A DNA stretch of 32,000 nt, taken from NCBI RefSeq assembly GCF_000829235.1, contig NZ_AP012549.1:180001-212000 (forward strand), in the 5' to 3' direction. Shown piece after piece: positions 1 to 9,901 of this stretch. Below the pieces are notes generated by a model. It was not told the origin of the DNA. It did not search any database and saw only the letters and a program-made list of their open reading frames with translations. Within the stretch, counting starts at the first letter, position 1. Each line of letters opens with the position of its first letter. The DNA is from a cyanobacterium endosymbiont of Epithemia turgida isolate EtSB Lake Yunoko (GTDB taxonomy: Bacteria > Cyanobacteriota > Cyanobacteriia > Cyanobacteriales > Microcystaceae). A program made the position numbers and the translations under genes.

Positions 1-1858
1 TTTATTTTTGTCATAATGACTAGATTGTATCGATTATTAATTATAAACTTGAATATTAGGAGAGAATGGGATAAACTTAAAAGCACAATTAACCTAAAAA
101 AATAGTTTTATAATTGCTTAATATATCTATTGGTTACGATGAATGAAAATTAATTTATTTATAAAAAATTTTATTATAAAGTAATATAATATTTGCGACA
201 ATTTAATTGTATCTATATCTTGATCCTGATTCTATATTTTTATTTATTTTTAAAAAATTTATCTAGTTGAATTTATAATAACTTATTTAGAGATACATAA
301 AGTAAAAAAAATATCTATGATTAGATTAAAATATAATCATTTACTTATAGAAAAAATAATGTTAATTAATTGTGATAAAAAAGAGAATTAGTTTAGAAAA
401 TAATTATTAAATGGCTTTAAATAAGTGATTAACAAGTCATCAATTTTTTACCAACTACTTGAATAATCTAAGCAAAGACTGGAACAATTATGACAAGAAG
501 GCCTCAGCTAGATAAAAGTCTAACTATTCGACAATTAACATAGATTTTTACAAAATTTAATTATAGGTAAAGTTCTTATTATTATCCATAATGGAACAAT
601 TAATATGCTTGTCTTTATAAGAATTAGTATTAAACTATTTCTAATAATACTGCTATTTTATGAATTTTAAAATAAAAAGTAATTTAATCATTGAATAACC
701 AAGAGTAGATTTACAATATTAGAAGTGTTATGTTAAGGTTTTATATATAATATAATTATAATGTCTATTATATATAAAACCTAATTATTTTAAAGAATTT
801 TATTTTAATTTTTTAAAAAAAATATTAATTTTTATAACTTAAAAACTTGAACTATGCCCTTATATAAAAATACTTTAAATATAATTTATAACCTATTACA
901 AAGATAATAAAAAAAACAGATGATCTCTATCGTAAAAATATACAGTATTATATTTCATTTTTTATCATTGCTGTCACTCCATCGGCTATTCCTCTTTTTT
1001 TTGTAAATAAGAAATTTTTAATAGCTTGACAAGTTTTTCAGACAAGAGTAATTGTTAGTAGCCATTACAGGTTATTTTTTAAACAAATAGTACGTGATAC
1101 GAAAATCAATCAAGTCTATACTAGGATTTTATAGTACAATATCAGCATCTTGGGTAAGGGCTGATACGTTAACATTAGGATAAAATACTTCTGTTTATCT
1201 TTGAAGTTTAATGGAAGGAAAAAAATTGATCAGTAAATTTATATATTATACAGGAGATATTTTAAAAAGCATAGGAACAATTTGTTGAGAAAGTTAGTAA
1301 CAGAAAGAAAATATATAATTGGAGTTTTTATCTATTGGTATAAAAATTTTCCTTTCTGAGAAAACTTAAACTTTAAGATAAATTATTATTTACCAAAAAC
1401 CTATTACAGCAATCAAATAAAAACATGTTATTATTTAATTGATAAGACTAAAAAGTGCAGACTAAAGTAGTTTAATTAATACTATTTTTAATACAAAACT
1501 AGCTGAGGTTAGTGTTTTGTCTAGTACTAAAAAAATTAACTTTTTGAAATACTGCTGGTTATGAATAAGTCAATCGCCCTTAATTTCATAAACAACTTCC
1601 AAATTCTTGTATGAAAGCTTACTTATTATTAATTACTCCTATTCTTAGCCTGCCTTTATAAATAAACGTTATTTTTTTTATGCTGTCAAATCTGAGGGAA
1701 TAGACTTACCATCATGAGTTTACTTTCGATTCAGAGACTGTTTTGAACGAAACTTTAAGTAAGTGACATATAAGAAAATAAAATTTTTTAGGTAATTTTT
1801 TTTTCTTTAAGCCATTTAGATGATTCTTTTGGAATGTTAGTTCAGCGAAATACATCAT

Positions 1859-1880
1859 ATAGTTATCTTAAGATAACTAT
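1859..1880. repeat. 22-bp perfect palindrome (atagttatctt|aagataactat)
   Basis: Read directly: 1859-1880 equals its own reverse complement. It lies about 130 nt beyond the stop of the minus-strand monooxygenase gene. Confidence 0.9.
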
Positions 1881-2012
1881 TATAAATAGTCTCCTATGAG
1901 TTCTTTTAGATGAAGAACAAATTGACCAATTTTCTGCTCTTATTATTCTTTTAAAATTTAGATAAAAATTGATTACACCTAAAAATCTAGAATGATTTAC
2001 TTAATTGATCGT

Positions 2013-3254
2013 TTATTTAAGCAATTGAGGCATTTTCCCTAGTAATCCTGTCATTAATTGCAAAGAAACCCGTTTAAATAAAGGAACAGTATTAATCAAC
2101 CACAATCCCAACCGACGCAATATCATTAATAACCACCACTGATTAGAAAATAAGCGATTTAAAAAGTCAGTAAACCCCAATATTACCCAATTCTCGCTTC
2201 TGCGCCAGTGTTCGTAACGTTTCAAGACCTTTAAACTTCCGATATCTTCTCCTTGTTGATGAGCTTTTTGTAAAACTTCTGCTAAAGCCGCCACATCTCG
2301 AATTCCCAAATTTAACCCCTGTCCCCCCAAAGGATGACAGCAATGTGCAGCATCCCCGACCAGAACAAGTCTGTGCTTTGTATAGCGCTCACTTTGCATT
2401 AACTGAATCGGAAATATAAAACGATCACTGACCAATTCTAATTTTCCTAAAATTCCTCCAGTCCGTTGCTGTAACTGACTTAAAAATTTTGTTTCGTCTA
2501 ATTCTCTAATTGCTTTCGCTTGGGAATGAGGAGCTGTCCAAACAATTTGACAACGATTTCCTGGAAGGGGTAAAATCCCCATAGGTCCCGAATACCAAAA
2601 TCGTTCAAATGCTATGTTATTGCTCGGGGCGTTATGTTTAACTGTGAAAGTAACACAAGACTGCCAATATTTCCATCCTTGAGTTTTAATACCTACTTTT
2701 AAACGTATTGGCGACTGTGAGCCGTCGGCTCCTATAACTAATTTACTACGGATTTGCTGTAATTGTCCCTCCACTTTGACCTTGACTACAGCCTCTGTAT
2801 CTTGATAGTCCACGGCTATCACTTCAGCCGGACATAACCATCGAATTTCCGGCTCCTCTAAAATCGCTGTTTGTAGTGTTTCTAAGAGCATTTTATGTTC
2901 TCCCACGTAGCCTAGATAATCTGTTCCAATATCGGTAGTTTGGAACTCAACTACCTGTGGATAATCAGCATCAGAAAGGCGAATAGAGTGAAACTTTCCA
3001 ACTTTAGGAAATATTTTTTCCCAGATCCCAATTGCGTCTAAAATACGCGCAGACAGTAGTGAGAGAGCATAAGCTTGAGGTTTGCTTGCAACCTTTATCT
3101 GAACCTGAGTCTCAACAATAACGATTTTCAATCCGGATTTTTTGAGGGCTGTAGCTAAAATCATACCAACAATTCCTCCCCCCACAATAGTAAGATCGTA
3201 GTCTGCAGTATGTTTAGAGAGTGCAATAGAGGCGTTTAGCTGATCGACAGTCAT
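2013..3254 (-). CDS. FAD-dependent monooxygenase/hydroxylase, UbiH/UbiF/Coq6 family
   Basis: 413-aa ORF. It has an N-terminal dinucleotide-binding motif DLTIVGGGIVGMILA (GxGxxG) and the family signature GDAAHCCHPLGGQGLNLGIRD near the C-terminus. Confidence 0.8.
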   Translation of the reverse strand: MTVDQLNASIALSKHTADYDLTIVGGGIVGMILATALKKSGLKIVIVETQVQIKVASKPQAYALSLLSARILDAIGIWEKIFPKVGKFHSIRLSDADYPQVVEFQTTDIGTDYLGYVGEHKMLLETLQTAILEEPEIRWLCPAEVIAVDYQDTEAVVKVKVEGQLQQIRSKLVIGADGSQSPIRLKVGIKTQGWKYWQSCVTFTVKHNAPSNNIAFERFWYSGPMGILPLPGNRCQIVWTAPHSQAKAIRELDETKFLSQLQQRTGGILGKLELVSDRFIFPIQLMQSERYTKHRLVLVGDAAHCCHPLGGQGLNLGIRDVAALAEVLQKAHQQGEDIGSLKVLKRYEHWRRSENWVILGFTDFLNRLFSNQWWLLMILRRLGLWLINTVPLFKRVSLQLMTGLLGKMPQLLK

Positions 3255-3911
3255 TTTAAATTATTTCTTCAAAAAAGGTTTAAAAAACATACACTTTTTA
3301 ATTGTGACGTGAATTTTTTGAGTATGCAAGGTCATTAATCTAGATCCTTACTTTAGGATGAAGTATTTTGGCATTATGGCTCTCAGGTTAAAATTTAACT
3401 GCCCATGAGGAGTTAAAGTCTGATTTTTAACTCCTGATTTTTACCAGATTAGCTACTACAATTCCTATGAAATAGCCCCACAATAGTCCCTAAACTAACA
3501 TTTTGTACTAATTTCAAAACAGTAGAGTTTTTTCCACTTCAGGGGGAATAATCAACTGCAAAGGATCTATTTGGGGGTTAACAGATTCTATCTGCACCTT
3601 TTGGAAAGTGTTTAAGAGATGAGTTAAGACTATTGTTAGTTATAGTTAATTTTTGCTGCCAATGATCATAAATATTGCGTACAACAATAGATATTTTGTA
3701 TATTTCGTGCTGAATACTTTATATTTCTTTGCGAATATCTATCTTAATCGCTCGTAAAACCTCAATTTAATTTATGGTCTCAATAAGTTACTAATGAAAG
3801 GAAAAACGTAAGTTACTAAGAGATATTCTCGAATGATATGAATTAATATTTTGGCTTTCCAAAGCTTTTGAAGCTTCCTGTCGTAAAAGTTTCATTAAAT
3901 TAATTTTTATG

Positions 3912-3967
3912 TTTCTAAGTAATCTCAATTATTAGACAAAAGTCTAATAATTGAGATTACTTAGAAA
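3912..3967. repeat. Perfect hairpin: 26-bp stem, 4-nt loop
   Basis: Left arm 3912-3937 (tttctaagtaatctcaattattagac) is the exact reverse complement of right arm 3942-3967 (gtctaataattgagattacttagaaa). The loop is aaaa. It lies in an ORF-free spacer. Confidence 0.95.
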
Positions 3968-4902
3968 GTTGAATGTCCAGTATCTGAAGTTTATGTATAA
4001 GATCTTGATAATAGGAGTAATCACTCAATATACTGACTTTAATCATCTCTTAAAGAGATTATTTTCGATAATTTTCTAAAAAATTGTATAATACATTATT
4101 TTTTGTGATTTTTATTTATTTATTGTAATCTAAACTCCTTAACCAGTTAAATTATCGAGAAAGCTTTTGGTATTTTTATTGAAGCTCTATCAAATAAGAT
4201 TGCTGGCACAACCGTTGTAGTTGCTGTTGATTTTAACTTACTGCCTAACGTAATTTAAAAATTTGCTCAGTTACAAACTTTATTCCTTATTTAACCCAAA
4301 TATTTTTGTATTTATTGTCTTAATCGATATAGGATTAAGCTAAATGAGCTAAGACAAATTTTTTGAGTATCCTCATGTTGCAAAGTCACCTCCATCATGT
4401 TCTTCATTTTTAAGGGTTTAATGATCAGAGAAGCTTTTTTCCTTGAACTAGACTGTGATACCCTAGGGCAGGATTTTCCCAAGTAATTTATGAAATAATT
4501 AGTCTCAATGTACCATAACTTGATTTTTTAAAACTTTAATTTTTATCTTTAAATCAATTGGTGTTTTAGGGTAATTTTTTTAGTGTTAAAAGTTTATAAA
4601 AATATTTGAAAATGCCCTCTATAAATAAGAGCTTATTTCATCAATTAAATGGCTACTGTTATTATAATCGCTAAAATTAGGGAAACAATTAATGTTTAAT
4701 CGTATCCTTAAATATACTACTAATCGTCCTATTTTTTATCTCAATTGAGCGCTTAATTCTCTTTTCTAAATAAAAATCTCTTCAGTTATCTTTATCTCCT
4801 CAGGGAATAATTAAATTTTTATTACTATCGTTTGTACATAAGAGATTTCCTCACAATACACTCACATTTCACATTAATATAAAACACAATATTCAGTTCA
4901 GG

Positions 4903-4938
4903 CGTTTGCTCCAATGATTATAATCATTGGAGCAAACG
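4903..4938. repeat. 36-bp perfect palindrome with no loop
   Basis: cgtttgctccaatgatta|taatcattggagcaaacg was checked base by base and is its own reverse complement. It lies about 335 nt beyond the stop of the minus-strand hydrolase gene. Confidence 0.95.
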
Positions 4939-5273
4939 ATTTAGTCTATCATAGTAAATAGACTCCTAAAAATAACCTATGCTTTCTTGATTGTCATTAA
5001 GTCAATCTATACTTAATGAATATTGTCTATATAAATTCATGGACAAGAAACAAAGAATATACAGATGATGATAATTTCATGTTGTCAATCGCAAAGATTG
5101 AGAGAAATAGATGTTTGCAGAAATAATTACTTTTTGCAGTCCCCAAATCTGTTTTTGAATTAATGTTAAACAATTAAAGAATTAAGCTCTTTGGCAAGGT
5201 GGATGGCACACTCCAGAAAAAATAGATTATCAAGAAGCATACATAGAGATTTCGTCAATAAGTAGCATAAATT

Positions 5274-6194
5274 TTAACTATGGTTCATAATAATTTTTAA
5301 CATCTTCTCCCCTAATATCTTTGGTTGTTCTATCATAGACATATGACCACAATTAGACAGTTCAATAACATTACTCCCCTGACCCTCAAAAAGAGGATGA
5401 AAACTAGCTAAATAGCGAACATATTTAGTTTCCATTACCGTGTCTTTGTCCCCAGCCAAAAAATAAACAGGTTGTTGTAAACGAGATACTATCTGGGGGA
5501 GTAAGTGAACCTTAGTTTCTGTTGTAGAATCAAGTAAAAATCCCAACGCAGCTTGAGTATCTGCTTTAAGCAAATCTAGGACCCGTTGTCGTCCCCAACG
5601 TCGTTCTAAAGAACAAGCCATTATAAGTCGAGAGAAAAGTACATCAATTAGAGCCACAGAGAGTAGCCAGCTTGGTCGGCGCCTGATTAACCGTTCTCCG
5701 ACTGAGCGGAATTGTTCGAATTCTTCCTTGAGATAAATTCCGCCTCCTGAATTCAGGCAAATAACTCCCTGAACAGTTTCAGGACAAACATCAGCCCCCC
5801 ACAAAGCAATACTACCCCCCAAAGAATGGCCTATAAGCCAAGCTTTCTTAATAGCCAATTTTTGTAGTAGAACACTTAAGTCTTGAGCATAAGCCCCTAA
5901 ACCGTAAGGAGAGATGTTATTAGTTGAACTGGGATTGGCTCGTTGAAATGAAGTTCTCCAGTTGATTACTTTGTCTTGATTTAAAGCTTCTCGAACTTGC
6001 TGAGAGTCACCAAACCCTCGGAGATCATAAATTAGACAAGGATAGTTAGGTGTTAATTGTTCAATTAACGGAAGCCAGTATTGACGACTCAATAACCATC
6101 CATGAATAAAAATAAGTACAGGGGTAGATGCTTGAAAAGACGTGGATGTTAGCTCATAGGCGTGAGGAACTCCCAAAATGTCGATAGTTGGCAT
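5274..6194 (-). CDS. alpha/beta-fold hydrolase
   Basis: 306-aa ORF with an oxyanion-hole HG (FIHGWL), a nucleophile elbow GHSLGG, and a C-terminal His context CGHMSMIEQP. Confidence 0.75.
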   Translation of the reverse strand: MPTIDILGVPHAYELTSTSFQASTPVLIFIHGWLLSRQYWLPLIEQLTPNYPCLIYDLRGFGDSQQVREALNQDKVINWRTSFQRANPSSTNNISPYGLGAYAQDLSVLLQKLAIKKAWLIGHSLGGSIALWGADVCPETVQGVICLNSGGGIYLKEEFEQFRSVGERLIRRRPSWLLSVALIDVLFSRLIMACSLERRWGRQRVLDLLKADTQAALGFLLDSTTETKVHLLPQIVSRLQQPVYFLAGDKDTVMETKYVRYLASFHPLFEGQGSNVIELSNCGHMSMIEQPKILGEKMLKIIMNHS

Positions 6195-6340
6195 ATATTT
6201 ATCCTAACCTGATAAGAAGGCTTTTTAGTCGATATAATGATTTAAGGAAAACCTTGCAATTTGGTGTCTACTTAAAACCCACCCAAATAGCCTAAATACA
6301 GTATAAATTAAATAAAACATCAAAGCTTAGCCGTGTCGGC

Positions 6341-6868
6341 ATGGTCTTTTGGAAACGATTGTTTAGTAACCCTTCTGATTCAGTCACCTCTGCTCTAACT
6401 TCGAAATTCAACGGAGAACCCCTAGACATAAAAGGCGAGACAAACAGTCAACGGCGCATTTTCTTAAGTACCGAACGAGATATTAATCTCTACGAACTCG
6501 AAGAATTATGTAATGCTGTTGGCTGGGCGCGTCGTCCCCTACGGAAGGTTAAGCAAGCCTTACATCATAGTTTTATCGTAGTCTCTATGTGGGAAGTTGA
6601 GAAAAATCAGAGGCGTTTGGTTGGATTTGCCCGTGCAACTTCCGATCACGCTTTTAACGCTACGGTTTGGGACGTGGTCGTCCACCCAAGTTGCCAAAAT
6701 AAAGGACTTGGGAAAGCTTTAATCAAATATATGATTCATAAACTTAGGAATAAGAATATTAGTAATATTACTCTGTTTGCTGATCCTCAGGTAATAGATT
6801 TTTATCGTCGTCTGGGATTTGTTTTAGAGCCTGAAGGCATCAAAGGGATGTTTTGGTACCCCAATTAG
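6341..6868 (+). CDS. GNAT-family N-acetyltransferase (cyanobacterial/plastid Ycf52-like)
   Basis: 175-aa ORF with the acetyl-CoA binding motif [10 protein letters not shown] (Q/RxxGxG/A) and a typical GNAT beta4-alpha3 region VWDVVVHP. Confidence 0.75.
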   Translation: MVFWKRLFSNPSDSVTSALTSKFNGEPLDIKGETNSQRRIFLSTERDINLYELEELCNAVGWARRPLRKVKQALHHSFIVVSMWEVEKNQRRLVGFARATSDHAFNATVWDVVVHPSCQNKGLGKALIKYMIHKLRNKNISNITLFADPQVIDFYRRLGFVLEPEGIKGMFWYPN

Positions 6869-6937
6869 ACATCTCCAAAAATTAAGATGCAACCCTGATG
6901 ATATAAAAGTTTTAGGTTAATCTTTGACAAAGGTGTA

Positions 6938-6967
6938 TTGATGATTTGTGAGTATTTAGGCTACAAT
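6938..6967 (+). promoter_or_regulatory. Candidate sigma70-type promoter for tRNA-Pro
   Basis: ttgatg (6938-6943), an 18-nt spacer, then tacaat (6962-6967). The -10 element ends 18 nt upstream of the tRNA 5' end. This rests on a motif match only. Confidence 0.25.
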
Positions 6968-6985
6968 AAATAAGTAAGCGCGATA

Positions 6986-7059
6986 CGGGATGTAGCGCAG
7001 CTTGGTAGCGCGCCTGCTTTGGGAGCAGGATGTCGCAGGTTCGAATCCTGTCATCCCGA
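6986..7059 (+). tRNA. trnP: tRNA-Pro (anticodon UGG)
   Basis: Hand-folded 74-nt cloverleaf. Acceptor stem is CGGGATG/CATCCCG, D stem GCGC/GCGC, anticodon stem CCTGC/GCAGG with loop TTTGGGA (anticodon TGG, G37), and T arm GCAGG-TTCGAAT-CCTGT. The discriminator is A and CCA is not encoded. Confidence 0.95.
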
Positions 7060-7378
7060 CTTTAACTGGATTACCCACAACTTTACTGCCTTTGATGTTT
7101 CATCAGCTCTATGAGTATGAGTTTGTTATGATGAGATAAAATTGCGTAGGAACTTGGTTTTAGCGAATTTCGTCCGACTCCAAGTAAAGGTCTGGTCACG
7201 TATCGAAAAAATTCTGAATCTTAACTACCTCAGGTAGTAAAATTACTATGAAAACAATAGATTTGTAAGAGATAAATTTTCTAAACTTAAACTTGTGCCC
7301 AAAAAATTAGTTCATTTTTGTCGGCTATTAAGTATAAATAAAGTCAATCATAGTCATAGAATGTGAGGTTAACTTCTT

Positions 7379-8134
7379 ATGAAATCATTCATCCGTAGCA
7401 GTATTACTCTAGGATTAGCTAGAAGTTCTGTTATGATTTATTCTTTGTTAAATTATGATTTGAGTGTTTTGGCATTAACTCCAGAACAAATTGTACAGAA
7501 ACTTAATCAAGTGCCTGTATTTACTATTGGCAACAGTAAAGAAATATTATTGTCTACTGACAATAATAAAAAAACATTTGTCACTTATCTGAGTCATCAG
7601 GATGCTCAGCAGGTTGTTGAGCAAATTACTAAAGACAATCCTCAAAGTCAGCTAGAAGTAATTACTATTCCTTTAGGTAAGGTTTATGAATTACTAAAAA
7701 GCAAGGAAAAAAGTCAATCCCAAGAACCTCCTGATTTATTTACTTTTATTCCTTTAAAAAAACAACTTCCATCAGCTTTATCAATTCTTAAACAAGAAGA
7801 TCCTAGTGCTAAAGATTTTCCTGGAATTCCTTTATTTTACGGAATGATCAAGGTCAATGAACAAGAGACTTTTTTGTCTGTAAAAGACGGAGAGAAAAAT
7901 TTTACTCCTTTTTATTTTGAAAGAGAGTCTCTACAGAAATTAATTGAAAATATCAGACTACAACAACCTAAATTTGCTTCATCTATAGAAGTCAAAGTAA
8001 CTCCATTAGGTGGAATTGTTTCAGCCTTTGAAAGTGACGATAAAAAACAAGAAGACTTCATAAAAAGTGTAGTACTTGTTCCTTCACAAGAGTCAGCAAA
8101 AAAGTTACTAGAAACATTCAAACAAAATCAGTAA
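7379..8134 (+). CDS. Tic22-like periplasmic protein, paralog 1
   Basis: 251-aa ORF with an N-terminal signal-like segment. The Tic22-family pattern is present: LTPEQIVQKLNQVPVFTI ... AQQVVEQI ... VITIPLGKVYEL, and a second half with IPLFY ... PFYFE ... VTPLG. Confidence 0.7.
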   Translation: MKSFIRSSITLGLARSSVMIYSLLNYDLSVLALTPEQIVQKLNQVPVFTIGNSKEILLSTDNNKKTFVTYLSHQDAQQVVEQITKDNPQSQLEVITIPLGKVYELLKSKEKSQSQEPPDLFTFIPLKKQLPSALSILKQEDPSAKDFPGIPLFYGMIKVNEQETFLSVKDGEKNFTPFYFERESLQKLIENIRLQQPKFASSIEVKVTPLGGIVSAFESDDKKQEDFIKSVVLVPSQESAKKLLETFKQNQ

Positions 8135-8240
8135 GTAAAGTAGGAAATTCAGGATGGAAAAGCTAGTAATGTCATCAATTTATTGACATAAAAAATGATT
8201 TTTCATCAAATGTTAAAAAATATTAAATTCTTATAAAAAT

Positions 8241-8969
8241 ATGAAAACTTTGATTCGTTGGGGTGCCACTCTAGGATTAGTTGCTAGTACAATTTTATGT
8301 TCTGGCTTGTATCAGTCGCGTTCAGCTTTTGCCTTGCCTCAAGAAGAAATTTTTAAGTTACTCCGTGGAATTCCCGTTTTCATGTTGGTAAACGATAAAA
8401 ATGTCCCGTTGGGAGGTAAAATAGATGAACAAACAATGTTTACTAACGTTTTTATGAGCAAACAGAATGCTCATGAATTTTTGATCCAACTTAAAAAAGA
8501 TAAACCCTCTATTGCTGATCAATATAAAGTAGAACTTATCTCTTTAGGTGCAATTTATGAGGTTTCTCAAAAGAATTCTAATGAATCCCAACGATTGGCA
8601 CTTCAATATATTCCCACTAAAACTGAAGTTGAGTCTGCTAAGCCTATTCTAAGTGAAGATGGAAAGGAATATAGAGGAGGTGTTCCCTTATACATACTTA
8701 AAGGAGGACCTGAACAAAATTATTTAACAATCAAACAAGATGGGGAAACTATTATTCCTATATTTTTTGAAAACCAGACAATTCAACAAGTTATTAATAA
8801 CCTAAAACAACAGGAATCTGACCAAGCTACTAATCTCAAAATAGAAGTAATTTTACTGGGAAATTTAATTGGTACTTTGGAAAAAGAAGATAATGAGTTT
8901 TTTCGAAAAATTCGGTTATGGCCATCTCAGGAAATGATGAAAATCATCCAAGAAAATCGCCAAAATTAA
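8241..8969 (+). CDS. Tic22-like periplasmic protein, paralog 2
   Basis: 242-aa ORF with the same architecture as the upstream gene: MKTLIRWGATLGL signal, LPQEEIFKLLRGIPVFML, LISLGAIYEV, VPLYIL, PIFFE, VILLG, WPSQE. Confidence 0.7.
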   Translation: MKTLIRWGATLGLVASTILCSGLYQSRSAFALPQEEIFKLLRGIPVFMLVNDKNVPLGGKIDEQTMFTNVFMSKQNAHEFLIQLKKDKPSIADQYKVELISLGAIYEVSQKNSNESQRLALQYIPTKTEVESAKPILSEDGKEYRGGVPLYILKGGPEQNYLTIKQDGETIIPIFFENQTIQQVINNLKQQESDQATNLKIEVILLGNLIGTLEKEDNEFFRKIRLWPSQEMMKIIQENRQN

Positions 8970-8977
8970 CAACGCTA

Positions 8978-9901
8978 ATGGAAAATTTAACAGAAGATAG
9001 TCAAAGAACTGCTGTATCGGGATCGGACCTAGAAACTTGGCGAAGTTGGGCTATAAGTGAATCAATCGCCGCCAATGTCCTTCCTCAAGAAGTAGACTGG
9101 GTACTTCAGGAAGTAGCAGAGTTAGATCGACTTTCATTGAAGTTAGAGTTATTTCGGCAGCGATCAAAAATTTACCTAAAATTTCCCCTATCTTACTTAG
9201 AGCAATTATGGCGGCATCGTCTCAAAGATAGGGTTCCTATTCAATATCTTGTAGGTGTAACTCCTTGGCGTAATTTTTTACTGAAAGTTGCTCCTGGAGT
9301 TTTTATTCCTCGCCCTGAAACCGAGTTGATCATTGATTTAGCTGTTCAAGCAGTTCAGAAGAGTTCCATTCTTAACTTAAACTCAGGACATTGGGTGGAC
9401 TTGGGGACTGGTAGTGGAGCAATTTCAATTGGATTAGGTATTATATTTCCCAAAGCAAAAATCCATGCTGTTGACTATAGTGAAGTCGCCCTAGCTATTG
9501 CTAAAGAAAATGCTAAAAACTTAGGACTCTCTTCAAAAATTCAATTTCATGAAGGATCATGGTGGACTCCCCTAGAAAATTTGAAAGGTAAAATTAGTGG
9601 GTTGGTCTCTAATCCCCCTTATATTCCCACAGAAATACTGTCTCAACTCCAACCAGAAGTCAAATACCATGAACCATATTTAGCTTTAGATGGAGGTAAA
9701 GACGGTTTAGAGGCAATTCGCTATCTAGTAGATAGTGCTCCTAATTATCTTCAGTCTGGGGGAATTTGGTTGATTGAAATGATGGCCGGACAGGGAAAAA
9801 ATGTAGCTCAATTGTTAGAAAATTCTTCTAATTATCATTCAATCAAAATATTGTCAGATCTAGCAGGAATTCAACGTTTTGCTTTAGCTTATCGTACTTA
9901 A
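8978..9901 (+). CDS. prmC: Release-factor glutamine N5-methyltransferase PrmC (HemK)
   Basis: SAM-binding motif DLGTGSGAI and catalytic NPPY (VSNPPYIP). The start is moved from the track's 8918 to the ATG at 8978, which follows the upstream stop (8967-8969) and removes a 52-nt overlap. Confidence 0.85.
   Translation: MENLTEDSQRTAVSGSDLETWRSWAISESIAANVLPQEVDWVLQEVAELDRLSLKLELFRQRSKIYLKFPLSYLEQLWRHRLKDRVPIQYLVGVTPWRNFLLKVAPGVFIPRPETELIIDLAVQAVQKSSILNLNSGHWVDLGTGSGAISIGLGIIFPKAKIHAVDYSEVALAIAKENAKNLGLSSKIQFHEGSWWTPLENLKGKISGLVSNPPYIPTEILSQLQPEVKYHEPYLALDGGKDGLEAIRYLVDSAPNYLQSGGIWLIEMMAGQGKNVAQLLENSSNYHSIKILSDLAGIQRFALAYRT

Noticed and set aside
490-543. Mini-ORF MTRRPQLDKSLTIRQLT* that looked like the start of a transposase or HTH protein
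   Set aside because: It has only 17 codons, no continuation in any frame, no terminal inverted repeats nearby, and no family I can name.
3409-3443. 9-bp stem hairpin (ggagttaaa/tttaactcc) followed by a T-rich run and a ctgattttta direct repeat; considered as an orphan terminator
   Set aside because: The stem is short and AT-rich, there is no intact upstream plus-strand gene, and similar small hairpins are frequent by chance in this composition.
7912-8121. 69-aa minus-strand ORF
   Set aside because: It lies entirely antisense within the Tic22-like paralog 1 CDS, has no motifs and has a Ser/Cys-rich odd composition. It is a shadow ORF.
8918-8977. N-terminal 20-codon extension of prmC in the ORF track
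   Set aside because: It overlaps the 3' end of the upstream Tic22-like gene and shows no PrmC similarity. The ATG at 8978, just after the upstream stop, is the more plausible start.
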